In this document: piece by piece, positions 38,520 through 50,196 of the stretch
Layout of the letters: each line of letters begins with the position of its first letter
Position numbering within the stretch: position 1 is the first letter of the stretch
DNA from: Squalus acanthias
Taxonomy: Eukaryota
Assembly: GCA_030390025.1 (NCBI GenBank)
Contig: CM059430.1
Span: forward strand, 52,080,001 to 52,144,000
DNA length: 64,000 nucleotides
Direction of reading: 5' to 3'
The notes under the pieces: model-generated
What the model saw: only the letters and a program-made list of their open reading frames with translations
The model's database searches: none
Told to the model about the DNA's origin: nothing
Translations under genes and position numbers: made by a program

Positions 38520-39126
38520 AAGTCGCACAACACCAGGTTATAGTCCAACAGTTTTATTTGAAATCACAAGCTTTCGGAGCTGCTGCCCCTTAGTCAGGTG
38601 AAGTGAAGGAATACCAATCGGCAAAGCATATATAGACAGAGAACAATGCCTGTGCAGCGTACAATGTCAGACGACTACATTTAATCTTTCTGACTGCCTT
38701 TCATCACACCTCGGCAGAGAAACAATCAGGTCAGCCAGGAAGGCACCACATCAAAGACATAGCAAGATACAACTGAGACAATGAGGTGGGGTCACAGGGG
38801 GTCTAATGTGTCAAATGCAGTCTGTATGCTTTGTCTTTGCTATGTCTTTGATGTGGTGTCTTCCTGGCTGACCTGATTGTTTCTCTGCCGAGGTGTGATG
38901 AAAGGCAGTCAGAAAGATTAAATGTAGTCATCTGACATTGTACGCTACACAGGCATTGTTCTCTGTCCATATATGCTTTGCCGATTCGTATTCCTTCACT
39001 TCACCTGACGAAGGGGCAGCAGCTCCGAAAGCTTGTGATTTCAAATAAAACTGTTGGTCTATAACCTGGTGTTGTGCGACTTCTCACTTTTGTCCCCCCC
39101 AGTCCAACACCGGCATTTCCGCATCA
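38520..39126 (+). mobile_element. Penelope-like element remnant with an inverted pseudo-LTR, forming a palindrome
   Basis: Arms at 38518-38765 and 38837-39084. 13-bp TSD TTAAACAAGTAAG at 38507 and 39127. pLTR motif CAAATAAAACTGTTGG.CTATAACCTGGTGTTGTG. Confidence 0.88.
39001..39038 (+). ncRNA. Minimal (type I, Penelope-type) hammerhead ribozyme motif
   Basis: TCAC-CTGACGA-A-GGGGC(AGCA)GCTCC-GAAA-GCTT-GTGA: stem I TCAC/GTGA, conserved core boxes, palindromic AAGCTT in place of stem III. Confidence 0.75.
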
Positions 39127-39611
39127 TTAAACAAGTAAGGTCTTTTCAGCCTAAATGTATATACATTTCTCTATGACGTCCCTTTCACATCCAAAGGGAC
39201 ATGACAAGGTGTCTGGCAAAGCCTTTCCATTGATTTACAAACAAACAATATAACACAAAAAATTAGGAAGGCAAAGAGGAATTACGAAATGAAAATATCA
39301 AAGAATATAAAAAGTGCTAATATTCTATAGACACATAACTAACAAAAGGAAAATTAAGATAGGGAGAGGTTCACTATAAACTCACAGGTAATGACAGAGA
39401 AATGGCAAAAATATTGAATAGTTACTTTGCCTCAGTTTTTACCAGGGAAACTAACAAGGAGGACACCAGGGATCAAAAGGATAAAGGCATTTAAGATAGA
39501 AAGGAGGAAGATAATTGATAAACTAGACTGACAGAGAAGATAAAACCCTCGGTTTCGATGGATTGCATCCAAGCATACTAAAAGAAACTAGGGAAGAGAT
39601 AGCAGAAGCAC

Positions 39612-39644
<33 letters not shown>

Positions 39645-39649
39645 CACAC

Positions 39650-39815
39650 CACGGCAGAGTGTCTCAGCCTGACGCTCCATCCAAAGGGAAGGGGGGGGGG
39701 GTGGTCAGCAGATTAAACCTTTCGAGATTTCAAATAAAACTGTTGGACTATAACCTGGTGTTGTGCGACTTCTCACTTTTGTCCACCCCAGTCCAACACC
39801 AGCATCTCCGCATCA
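39650..39815 (+). mobile_element. Penelope-like pLTR 3' fragment inserted in a (TA)n/(CA)n microsatellite
   Basis: 39726-39815 is nearly identical to 39037-39126 and has the same ...CCGCATCA end. Flanked by (TA)nCACAC on both sides. Confidence 0.8.
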
Positions 39816-40741
39816 TATATATATATATATATACACACACACATATTCAATAGGAAAGGGAATAGTGCCAGAGGACTGGCGGACAGCTAATGTTATTCCT
39901 ATATTCAAAAAGGGAGATAGAACAAATGGAGGTAACTATAGACCAGATAGCTTAACGTTGGTGGTCGGAAAGATATTGGAATCTTGACTCAAAGATGTAA
40001 TAGAAAAACATGTAGACACCAAAAATATAATAAAGATTAGTCAGCATGGATTTCAAAAGGAAAGGTCCTGCTTGATCAACCTTACTGAATTTTTTGAAGA
40101 CGTAACAGAAAGAGAAGACAAGTATACTGCAATGCATGTAATATACACGGACTTTCAAAAGACCTTCGATAAGGTACTGCATAGTAGACTCATGACTAAG
40201 ATCAAAGCATATGGAGTTAGGGGACAAGTAGCAAAATGGATAACAAATTGACTAAAAACAGAAAAGAGTAGGGGTTAAAGGTAGTTACTCAGACAGGAAG
40301 GTGTCCAGGGATCAGTGCTGGGACCACTGTTGTTCACCATTTACATAAATGATTTGGACACAGGAATCAGAAGTACAATATCAAAATTTGCAGATGACAC
40401 TAAATTGGGGGTATAGTTAATATTGAGGAAGACTGCAACAAAATACAAGATGTTTACAGACTTGCAGACTGGGCATGTAAATGGTAAATTAATTTCATTA
40501 TAGGTAAGTGTGAGGTCGGAGGAATAAGGTGGCCACATACTCCTTGGAAAATAAGAGTCTAAATAGTGTAGAGGTGAAAAGATAAAGGGTACAGATTCAC
40601 AAATCAATAAAAGTAGCAATGCATGTTAACAAAACCATAAAAAGTGCAAACAAAGCACTGTGGTTCATTTCTAGAGGAACAGAATTCAAAAGCAGAGAAG
40701 GTATGTTAAATTTATGTAAAACCTTGGTTAGGCCACACTTA

Positions 40742-41578
40742 GGGCTGGATTTTACTCACCGAGACGAGTTGGGGCGGGACTGCTGCCTTCCGGGTTCTAG
40801 TCCTGCCCCCAGCGACGTCCGACACACAGATGCTATTTTCCCCTGACTGGCCTTGTTAAGCCCGCCCTGCAGGCTTATTAAGGGAAAGCCGGTATCAGAT
40901 GACATCAGTTGATGATGTTTCATCGGCCGATTTTCTTAAAGGGATATGAAACATTTATTTTTGACAGATGATTTGACAGCATTGAGGTGCTGTCAAACAC
41001 TGACAATCACTGTACAAAGGTGAGCCCTTGAACCCAGGCTCTCCAATAACTCTCTTCTTAGGATAAAACAGATGGCAGCTGCAGGTGAGGGTACAGAAGC
41101 GATCTGTCACTTCTCCCAATGAGGTGAGGCCACACAAACACTTCAAAGCTTGTCACCTACAGAAAAATCTAAACACATTAAAAATGATTTTCCCAACATT
41201 TCCTTACCTCTGATACTCACCAGTGTCCCATTGCATCCTTCACAACACTCCTGCAGCTGTCATCTATACACAAACATTACAACAGACCCACAGCACGCCT
41301 CACTTACCCTGGCGGGGTTCCCTGATGTTGGGAAGCCCACAGCAGAAGTCTCAAAATGGGAAAAAGCCTCTTAACTGCCTGTTAACAGGCAGTTAAGTGG
41401 CTATAATCCTCTTCCCGCTGCTAGGAGTCGTGTCCCTGCGCAAATCGGGGACCTGACTCCCGGGAAGATTGGTTGGAGGTGGATTGGGAGCAGGTTCGGG
41501 ACCCGCTCCCATTCGTTTTGATTTTCCCAGCAGTCCCGCCTCCAACCCCGCCTCCTCAGGGCTGGTAAAATCCAGCCC
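40742..41578. mobile_element. Harbinger-type MITE (837 bp)
   Basis: 14-bp TIRs GGGCTGGATTTTAC and GTAAAATCCAGCCC with TSD TTA. Splits the CR1 at LVRPHL. Confidence 0.92.
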
Positions 41579-42252
41579 TTAGACTTCTGTGAACAGTTCT
41601 GGTCTCCATATTACAAAAAGGATATGGAAGCGCTGGAGAAAGTGCAAAAAAGAATTACAAGGTAGATACTAGAACTGAGAGGGTACAAACATCAGGAAAT
41701 ACTGAACAGACTGGGGCTCTTTTCTCTAGAAAATAGAAGATGGAGAGGTGACCTGATATAGATCTTTCAAATTATGAAGTGGTACGATAGGGCAGATGTA
41801 GAGAAGATGTTTCCACGTGTGGGGGAGTCCAAAATTAAGGGCTGTAAATATGATAGTCACTGATATATCCAATAAGGAATTCAGGAGAAACCTCTTTACT
41901 CAGAGGGTGTCGAGAATGTGGAGCTCACTACACATGGAGTGGTTGAAGTGAATAGCATTGATGAATTTAAAGGGAAGCTAGGTAAGTACATGAACAAGAA
42001 AGGAATAGAAGGATATGTTGATCAGGTGAGATGAAGAGGGGTGGGAGGAGCCTAGTGTGGAGCATAAACACCAGCATAGACCAGCATGTTGGGCTGAATG
42101 GCCTGTTTCTGTGCTGTAAATACTATGTCATTCTATGATGTAAACCTAGCTGGTGCATCATTGTCTGCTTGGCATGTGACATCATGGCTCAGATGATGTC
42201 CAGTCCTTCACCCTTCCCAAACAAAAAAGAAAGTTTGCAATACACTGTTTCA

Positions 42253-42492
42253 TGGAGGGTAGGGGAGGATGGGAGGGTAGGAGGATGGGAGGGTAGGAGG
42301 AGGTGAGGAGGAGGAGGTGAGGGCGGAAGGGGAGGGTAGGAGGAGAGGAGGAGGAGGAGGTGAGGGCGGAAGGGGAGGGTAGGAGGGGAGTGTAGGAGGA
42401 GGGTAGGGTAGGAGAAGGTGAGGGGGAGGAGGGGGGTTAGGAAGAGGCGAAGGGAGAGGAGGGGGAGGGGTGGGGAGGGGAGGGAGGAAGAG
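42253..42492 (+). repeat. G-rich polypurine low-complexity tract (GGA/GGGA/GGT units)
   Basis: About 240 bp almost entirely G and A. Explains the proline-rich spurious ORF 42250-42522. Confidence 0.9.
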
Positions 42493-43137
42493 TTGGTAAA
42501 ATGACAGAATGATCAATAACAAGACTCTGGTATAATGAAAATCAAGCTAGATCTGGAAACTGAATCAGAGCATTTTAAATTGAACAAATAGGATGAACAA
42601 TGTGACTGTTGTACAATCAGTTCTGAAATGTGTAACATTTGCATGTCTAATTATTGCTGTTATGATTCATCCTGTTGTTGCTTTGGCCTATGTAGGCAGT
42701 AAATGTATGAGAGTGTGGTATGAAACCTTTGAGTAAACGCTACAAACAATGAGTCCCACACAATTAAGATTCAATCACACGTTATTAAAAGGTTTTGAAC
42801 TTTGTCTTTAAACACCCTGGTTTTTTTTCCCCCCCAAACAGCTATTTGTTTCCTGTGGATCATTTTCACCACGTACAAATTATAATCAACTGACAGGGGA
42901 AAAAATAACTTTCCTTTAGTGCTCTTCGCTGCTTCTTCCAAAGACATGCCTGAATTCCAATGGAACAAAGCACTTTCCACTCTCAACGTATATCAGCTTA
43001 GACACGACTGACAATATGAGTGGACTAATGCTCAGTACAGTGGTGGGCTATCCCTCTGTTTGCTAATTCAATGAAAACGTCAATCCATTTGAAATAAACA
43101 GGTTGTTAAAATAACACATGGAAAGCTATACCTTTTT

Positions 43138-43500
43138 TTAAGGTCTTTAAGATCATGAAGGGGTTTGATAGGGTAGAGGTAGAGAAGATATTTCCACTTG
43201 CGGGGAAGACTAAAACTAGGGGCCATAAATATAAGAGTCACTAATAAATCCCATAGGGAATTCAGGAAAAAACGTTCTTACCCAGAGAGTGGTGAGAATG
43301 TGGAACTCGCTACCGCAAGGAGTAGTTGATGAAGTTGATGAAAATAGCATAGATACATTTAAGGGGAAACTAGATAAGCACATGAGGTATAAAGGATTAG
43401 AAGGTTATGCTGATAGGGTTAGATTAAGAGGGGTGGGAGGAGGTCTGTGTGGAGCAGTTGGGCCGAATGGCCTGTTTCTGTGCTGTACATTCTATGTAAT
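43138..43500 (+). mobile_element. CR1 LINE 3' end
   Basis: FKIMKG and VVRMWNSLPQ motifs, then the 3' UTR ending TTCTATGT. Confidence 0.88.
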
Positions 43501-45450
43501 ATTAAGCACTCATTCGTCTGCTAATGTCGTTTCTCGGCTACTATTCCTTATCTAATCCTACCATACAAGTACTAATCTTGATCCAAAAGTGAGATGCTCC
43601 ACGGCTATCTGTTTTGTATGCCCATTGCAGCTAAGTCTCAGTCATACCACATGCTCAGTATTCATATAGCATCATCGTTTGCACAATAGGAATGCCAAGC
43701 AGTATAATGCCGCTTCCTTCTGGAAGAGGTTGCCTTGTACCACCAGCTGTCTTGCTCACCCTCTTGGCAGCAAAGGCACAGAAACAAGAGAGAGAGAGAG
43801 AGAAAAATGAATGAGGATCCATGCGATTCACCAGATAGCAAACTCTTTTTCTTAAAAAAAAAGGCAACATTGTAAATCAAACTCAAAATTGCTAACTGGC
43901 AAGCAACTATACAAAAGCAGAATAATATGTTTCACTAAAATGAGTGCAGCCATTTCTCATTCATTTTCACCCACTGACGACTAAATTAAACACCATTGCT
44001 GCTGTTACTTCACCCGGCACATTTCTGTGACCGGTGGGCACCGCAGGGAATAGAATGTCTAATAGACACACGCAATAACATTAGGATTTTGGTTTATAAG
44101 TTTCCCTTTTGCTCTGTTGAAATTGGACTTTATGTTTCAATTATTTTATTAGTTGTGCTTCCTTAAATCAAAGGGACACGTGCAAATCTGTTTGTCTGTC
44201 AATGACACTGGGGTCACCCACTGCCATCTTTATGGATCAATTAAAAAAGCCATAAGCTGTATAGTTGATTTTAACAATATTTCCTGATTTCGTTTTATCT
44301 TAAGCTTCGTTCAGTTGAATTGGACCACATGTTAGACTATTGTATTAGTGGTGCCCTTCAAAAGGGGCACTTGCGGTGGTGATTTCTGTCAGTTGACACG
44401 GGGGCAACTCAGTGCCACCCATATTAGTCCAATTAAAATAGGCCCAGCACATTCTGGGCAATCTGCAGTGCGGTCACACAGTGTCAGTTTGTTGTACAAC
44501 TTTCCTCGAGAACGTTGCTTCAAAAACACAAATGTAATACTTTTTTTTAGAAATAATTTGCATCCAAAAATAAAAAAAAGTTAGCATTAAAAAAATGATT
44601 TCTGCTGCTGTGCTCTCTAAATGCTGCAATCCCCCTTTAACATCTCATTTTAAAGTACTTTTGTCTCTCAGCTATGAATAACCTCCCTTCCTTTAGTAGA
44701 CTAGTTCTATTTTAGAATGCAACCTGTTTATTGGCAGGATTAGGTCGTGCCCAATTCTAATGGTTGACATGTGTTGCAAAGAGAAGCTGTTATCGTTTGT
44801 TGTACTTATATCAATTATATGGTTCCAGATGGAAGATATCAGTCAATGTATTTAATTGCCAAATACATCTGAAGACAACAGGGCAGATCTTTGCTACTAA
44901 TTGGGTAATTGGGCTAATATTTCCCATCTGGAACCTTTTTATCGGTACCAATGGAACAATCAAGAGAGAAAAAAATTTATACAGCAACCTAGCTATTAAA
45001 GAAAGGCAGTGAATTCCAAACCGTTTGGAATTAGACAAAGGGATGGAAAGTGAATGGAACACTTAGGGAGACCCCGCAAGAGAAGTAGATCAAAGAAAAG
45101 CTTAATTTCTGCCGTGCGAAAAATTATTATTCATTTGAAATTTTGATGAACATTGTGCCCATACATTTTGCTTTATTAAAAATTGAATTTCCTCTATGGG
45201 ATAAAATATTTTGGCAAGTATTAAAATAAAACTATAACGTTGCACCAAAGTACAACATCATTGTGGGTTAATCGGTGTACATGGGACAAAGAACATCAGT
45301 GACGTGGTGTATCCCACTCTCTGCCTCCTAATGCAATATTTCCGGCTGGATTTTGCAACACAGCATCACATTGCTAGGACATAAAGGGGAGGGCTTCACG
45401 TTTGGGAACAGGAACCTCACATTATATATGTCACAATATTAAAACTTCAC

Positions 45451-45623
45451 GGGGTAGATTTTGACTTTGTGCGATAGTGTAAAACGGGTGATAGCGAATC
45501 AGGAGCTCGCATTACATCTCTCCCGATTTTATCAATGGAAATAAAAATGGGCGGAGATGTGAAACAGGGTGTGGATTCACTGTCACCTGTTTTACACTAT
45601 CGCACAAAGTCAAAATCTACTGC
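45451..45623. mobile_element. Palindromic 173-bp Harbinger-type MITE
   Basis: About 50-bp inverted arms GGGGTAGATTTTGACTTTGTGCGATAGTGTAAAAC and GTTTTACACTATCGCACAAAGTCAAAATCTACTGC, with TSD CAC. Confidence 0.9.
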
Positions 45624-46052
45624 CACATCTTTTAAGGAGGGTCAAGCTTTGTTTGAAGAGTTCTGTCTACCCATCAGTGGCCTGAGTGACTTCTTAAACC
45701 AACCATGAGTGAATTGACATCTGCTGCATGTGGAAACACTTCAGTGCTAGCTTTAAGATTAATAAAGAATTTAAAATGTTTGAAATTCTTTATAAAATAT
45801 TTTTCTGACATAGAGTACACTGTTCCAGTAAATGCTAAACGAGTGTGTAAAATTAACAGCTAAGAATGCCATGATATTATGACATGCTGGAATATTGTGA
45901 TATGCAAAAAACTATGATAATCACACAGTCATTTTCCCCACAGCATTGTAATTAGAAACCAGAATAATTATGTTGAAATTATATATCATCATTGAAACAT
46001 TTTTAGAGGACACTGTTGCATTGGCCAAAGAGTACACTTCAAAAAAGATCAT

Positions 46053-46806
46053 AGCCTGGAGTTTCCGCTCGGTTGTGCTGGTTTTTTCGACGCAATTCGC
46101 CTGAAATCTGCAAAACCAGCGCAAAAGATCACAGAATTTTAAGCGTAAATTACGTTCAGCGCAAATTGAGTTTCCGCGATCTTTTTGCGCTAGTTTTAAA
46201 AAAGATTGCGTTAGAAACCGGCCATGTCCATAACTGGCCACGCCTCCAGGGTGAATTAATCACCATCCGGAGTTTCCGCTAATTGCGCTCGTTGACAGGC
46301 CTTCGAGGCAGCTTTAAAAATTAAACATTTTTTCGGCACAAGAGCAATAATAGGCACGTTTTAAAAGCTTTTGAATGTCATTTTTTTTTAATTTACTAAG
46401 ATATTGACTACTGTACCCCAACATAACTCGCAAATGGTTCTGTATAGTTTTTTTTAAGTCATTTTCAGTTGTTTAAAATCGAGTTACTCACAGGTGGTGG
46501 ACGAGACACTCTGAATGCTTATTTTTGCTGATAAATCCATTTTCAGCTGGATTAATCAAACTGCAGCAAGTTACCACCCTGAAATATATCAAGGAATATT
46601 TTTTAAAGCAGAAAATGCTTATTTTAAAATTACATCTGAAAACGCTGCCTGATTGCGCTGGTTCATGGCAGATTTTACGTTTGCCGATATGCAAATGATT
46701 TTGAACGGAAACAAGAGGGAAAAAAAACACTTCTCAAAACTGGCACAATTTTGAGCACAATTGGTGCCCGGATAGCCGATTGTGCCCAAAGCAGAAACTC
46801 TACCCC
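46053..46806. mobile_element. Probable Harbinger-type MITE
   Basis: Ends GCCTGGAGTTTCC and AGAAACTCTACCCC, CpG-rich subterminal regions, AT-rich centre. TSD unclear. Confidence 0.55.
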
Positions 46807-47164
46807 CACAAGCTTAAGGGCATCATGCAATTTTTGATATTTGTACAATGATACAGTATTTTATTTAAATAGAGGATATTGCACTCATGGTAGTATCAGT
46901 GGGTTGATTTCACGGGTGTGACAAACTGCAATTCACAAGCATCATAGTGTGATTGAAATAAACTGAGTGACATGCTATTCACTGGTGTAATATTGTATTT
47001 ATTATATAAACGATGATAGTGCTCACCTTGAAAAGAATGCTCCAATGGTTATAGTTCCCACATCAGTGGCACCTCAGGCTCTGTTTTTCTATTGGCATTA
47101 TTGTGTGTAATGACAGTGAAATCCAGACATCAGTTGGAGTTGAAATACAAAAGGAAATACAAAG

Positions 47165-47541
47165 CATTTAAGATTCTGAGGGAGATTGACAGGGTAGATG
47201 CTGAGAGGTTGTTTCCCCTGGCTGGAGAGTCTAGAACTAGGGGGCATTGTCTCAGGATAAGGGGTCGGCCATTTAAGACTGAGATGAGATGGAATTTCTT
47301 CACTCAGAGGGTTGTAAAATCTTTGGAATTCTCTACCCCAAAGGGCTGCAGAAGCTGAGTGTTTGAGTATATTCAAGCCTGAGGTTGATAGATTTTTGGA
47401 CTTTAGGGGAATCAAGGGATATGGGGATTGGGCGGGAAAGTGGAGTTGAGGTCGAAGATCAGCCATGGTCTTATTGAATGGTGGAGCAGGCTCGAAGGGC
47501 CGTATGCCCTACTCCTGCTCCTTCTTCTGTTCTTATGTTCT
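47165..47541 (+). mobile_element. CR1 LINE 3' end
   Basis: FKILREIDRVDAERLFPLAGESRTRGH motif and (TTCTTATG) tail. Confidence 0.88.
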
Positions 47542-47542
47542 T

Positions 47543-48607
47543 AGAAAATGCTGGAAATACTCAGCAGGTCAGGCAGCATCTATGGAGAAAGAAACAGAAT
47601 TCAGGTCGATGACTTTTCTTCAGAACTGGAAGAAGTTTGAGTTTTATCAGTTTATAAGCAAGTACAGAGCCAGGAAAAAAGGGGTGTGGGGGAGGAGGAG
47701 GGGAGGAAAGAACAAAAGGGAAGGACTGTGATAGGGTGGAGCACAGGACAGATTAAATGACAACCTTCCACCCCACCAGACTTCACATTCAACGGATCAT
47801 CTTCCGCCACCTCCAGCACGATGCTACCACCAAACACATCTTACCCTCGCTTCTTCTCTCAGCATTCCGAAAGGACCATTCCCTCCGCGACACCCTGATG
47901 CACTCTTCCATCACCCCCAACACCCTCGCCCCTCCCCACGGCACCTTCCCATGTAAGCATAGGAGATGCAACACCTGCCCTTTCACCTCCTCCCTTCCCA
48001 CCGTCCAGGGCCTCAACCAGTCCTTCCAGGTGAAACAGCGATTTACTTGTACTGCTTTCAATTTAGTATACTGTATTCACTGCTCATGATGTGGTCTCTT
48101 CCATATTGGGAAGACCAAACGCAGATTAGGTGATTGCTTTGCTGAACACCTCCATTCAGTCTGCAAGCGTGACCCTGAGCTTCCGGCCATTTTAATTCTC
48201 CGTCCCTGTCCCACTCTGACCTCTCTGTCCTCAGCCTCCTACACTGTTCCAATGAAGTTCAGCGGAACCTCAAGGAACAGCATGTCATCTTTCGATTAGG
48301 CACTTTACGGACTCAACATTGATTTCAACAACTTCAGATCATAACCACTGATCCCATTTTCTCAGGACAGCAGGTGCTGGTAATGGTTCTACTGTTGCCA
48401 TTTACAGCTCCTTTAGACCCATCTATTGTTTCTTTACTTGTCCCATTACCACCCCCTTTTGCCTTGCACCATCACCCCTTTTGTCATTTAATGAGTTCTG
48501 CCCTCCACCCTATCACAGACCTCCCCTTTTGTTCTTTACTCTCCTCCCCTTCTTTCCCTGGCTCTGTACTTACTTATAAACTGTTAAATCTCTAATTTAT
48601 TCCAATT
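47543..48607 (+). mobile_element. Penelope-like element: inverted pLTR (47543-47762, -) followed by a GIY-YIG endonuclease remnant and 3' UTR (+); the pLTR resumes at 50197-50288
   Basis: CNTCPF...FTCTAFNLVYCIHCS, then IGKTKRRLGDCFAEHL and HFNS. 47708-47763 is the reverse complement of about 48481-48537. Confidence 0.88.
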
Positions 48608-48609
48608 AA

Positions 48610-50196
48610 AATCATTAGTGGCTTGTTTACAACCACTTAACAATGTTTTTTCCCCAGCTTTTTGGATTTGACAGGTCGCCCACTAGTTTCTCTCTGTGCC
48701 TGGACCTCATCTGTGAAGCTGAGGCGGGAGGTCAGTGGCCATTGAATCAGCTAATGAGTTGACAGCTTCAAATGTCAAGTCAAAGCTCCCAGCTGATTGA
48801 GAAATGTTCCCTTAACCACTAGCTTCTCTAAACTGTATTTCCACTACAGATTTAGGATGCTGCAAGTCTTTACACAGGTCTCCAGTCAGACCTCATTACC
48901 TCTCCCACCACTGACTGATCGCTTCTGTCATCTCTACTTCACCTGCCATTAATTCCATCAGCATGGGTGCCCTTGAAACTCCTCACCTTGGTCCTCAGAA
49001 TCCCACCACGCTCAGCCCCAACACCAGCATCACCAGGCATACCAGCAGCACCAGGCATACCAGCAGCGCCAACAACAACACCAACCTTCTCCGCAATCAA
49101 CTGATGCTGCACAGGACAGAGGGCATCAACACCCGAGCACATTGCTGCCCGGGAGGTCAGGGATGGCCACACCATGGCGAGATTTACTTCACTTGACGCT
49201 GTACACCCTGGCTGCCACATGATGCGCCAGGTTGGCACCACTCCATACCAACACCATAAAGCATCCCTACCATGCCCAAGCCATTCCTTTCACACTCATC
49301 ACCATTGCGGGGGGCACCGTTATTTCTCACCATTCACTGCAACTCACTAAGCCACTTCCAAAGGTGCACACAAATCTGTCCAAGAATGCAAAGTGTTGAA
49401 AATAAAGATTTCAATGTTTGACACCACATTAACAGAAACTTTACATGAACATTGCATACAACACCCAAGTGCCTACCCTTGTGTGTTGTTAGTTGGTATG
49501 ATTGCACTAGGATGAGGGTGAGTGTGAGGGGTGGCTAGTGAGATGGGGATGTGATAATATAGATAGAGAGGGATGGGTGGAGGTGCAAGGTGAGTTGGTG
49601 TGAGTAAGGATGTGGGGTAGGGTAGGAAAGATAGAGTGATGGAGATGAGGTGAGAGGCACAGCAGGATGAGGTTGAGTGTGGCTTTGTACTAACGTTTCG
49701 TGATCTACTGAGATCATTGAAAGGTTTGCGGCACTGCACCCAGGTATTCCTGACCACATCTCTGCTTGTGCCCTCCTTTGCAATGTGCAACCAGGCTGTG
49801 TTGATCTCCTGGGGAGGTCTCTTCCGCCCATGGGAAGGGAAGAGGGCCTCTTTGTCTGCTGTGACTCCCTCCATAAGCATATGGAGGGAGTCATGGGAGA
49901 GCCTGGGTGCAGCCGTGCACCTTTGTGCAGTGATTGTCAGTGTTTGCAGCACCTCAGTGCTGTAGAACACTGACAGCACAACTGTCAAAATAAAGTTGGC
50001 CATGGTCCCTTTAAGGAACCCGGCTGATGACACGACATCAAATGACGTCACCAGACCCACTTCCTCTAATTGGCCGGGAAACATGCCCAATCAACGGAAA
50101 TTCATGTCAGAGGCTGGGGTGGAGCCAGAAGCAGGGTCGGGACCTGCTACCGACATCGCCCGCCATGGACCCGCCGAGGTTAGTAAAATCCAGCCC
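48610..50196. mobile_element. Deleted Harbinger transposon: Myb exon 1 on - (about 49700-49920) and transposase 5' remnant on +; left end missing
   Basis: ORF 49473-50090 contains APRLSHDSL...AWLHIA...WVQCRKPFNDLSR. Right TIR GTAAAATCCAGCCC. Confidence 0.85.

Larger units (their letters stand above)
39250..42137 (+). mobile_element. Degenerate CR1 LINE with a nested Penelope fragment and a MITE
   Basis: VPEDWRTANVIPIFKKG, FADD and LVRPHL motifs, with the 3' tail near 42135. Same subfamily as 18540-25525. Confidence 0.88.

Noticed and set aside
42250-42522. Proline-rich extensin-like ORF
   Set aside because: It is the translation of a low-complexity purine tract, with no splice or codon support.
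43655-43800. Possible minus-strand exon after a (CT)n tract
   Set aside because: Weak acceptor, short frames and no recognisable protein, so it cannot be supported.
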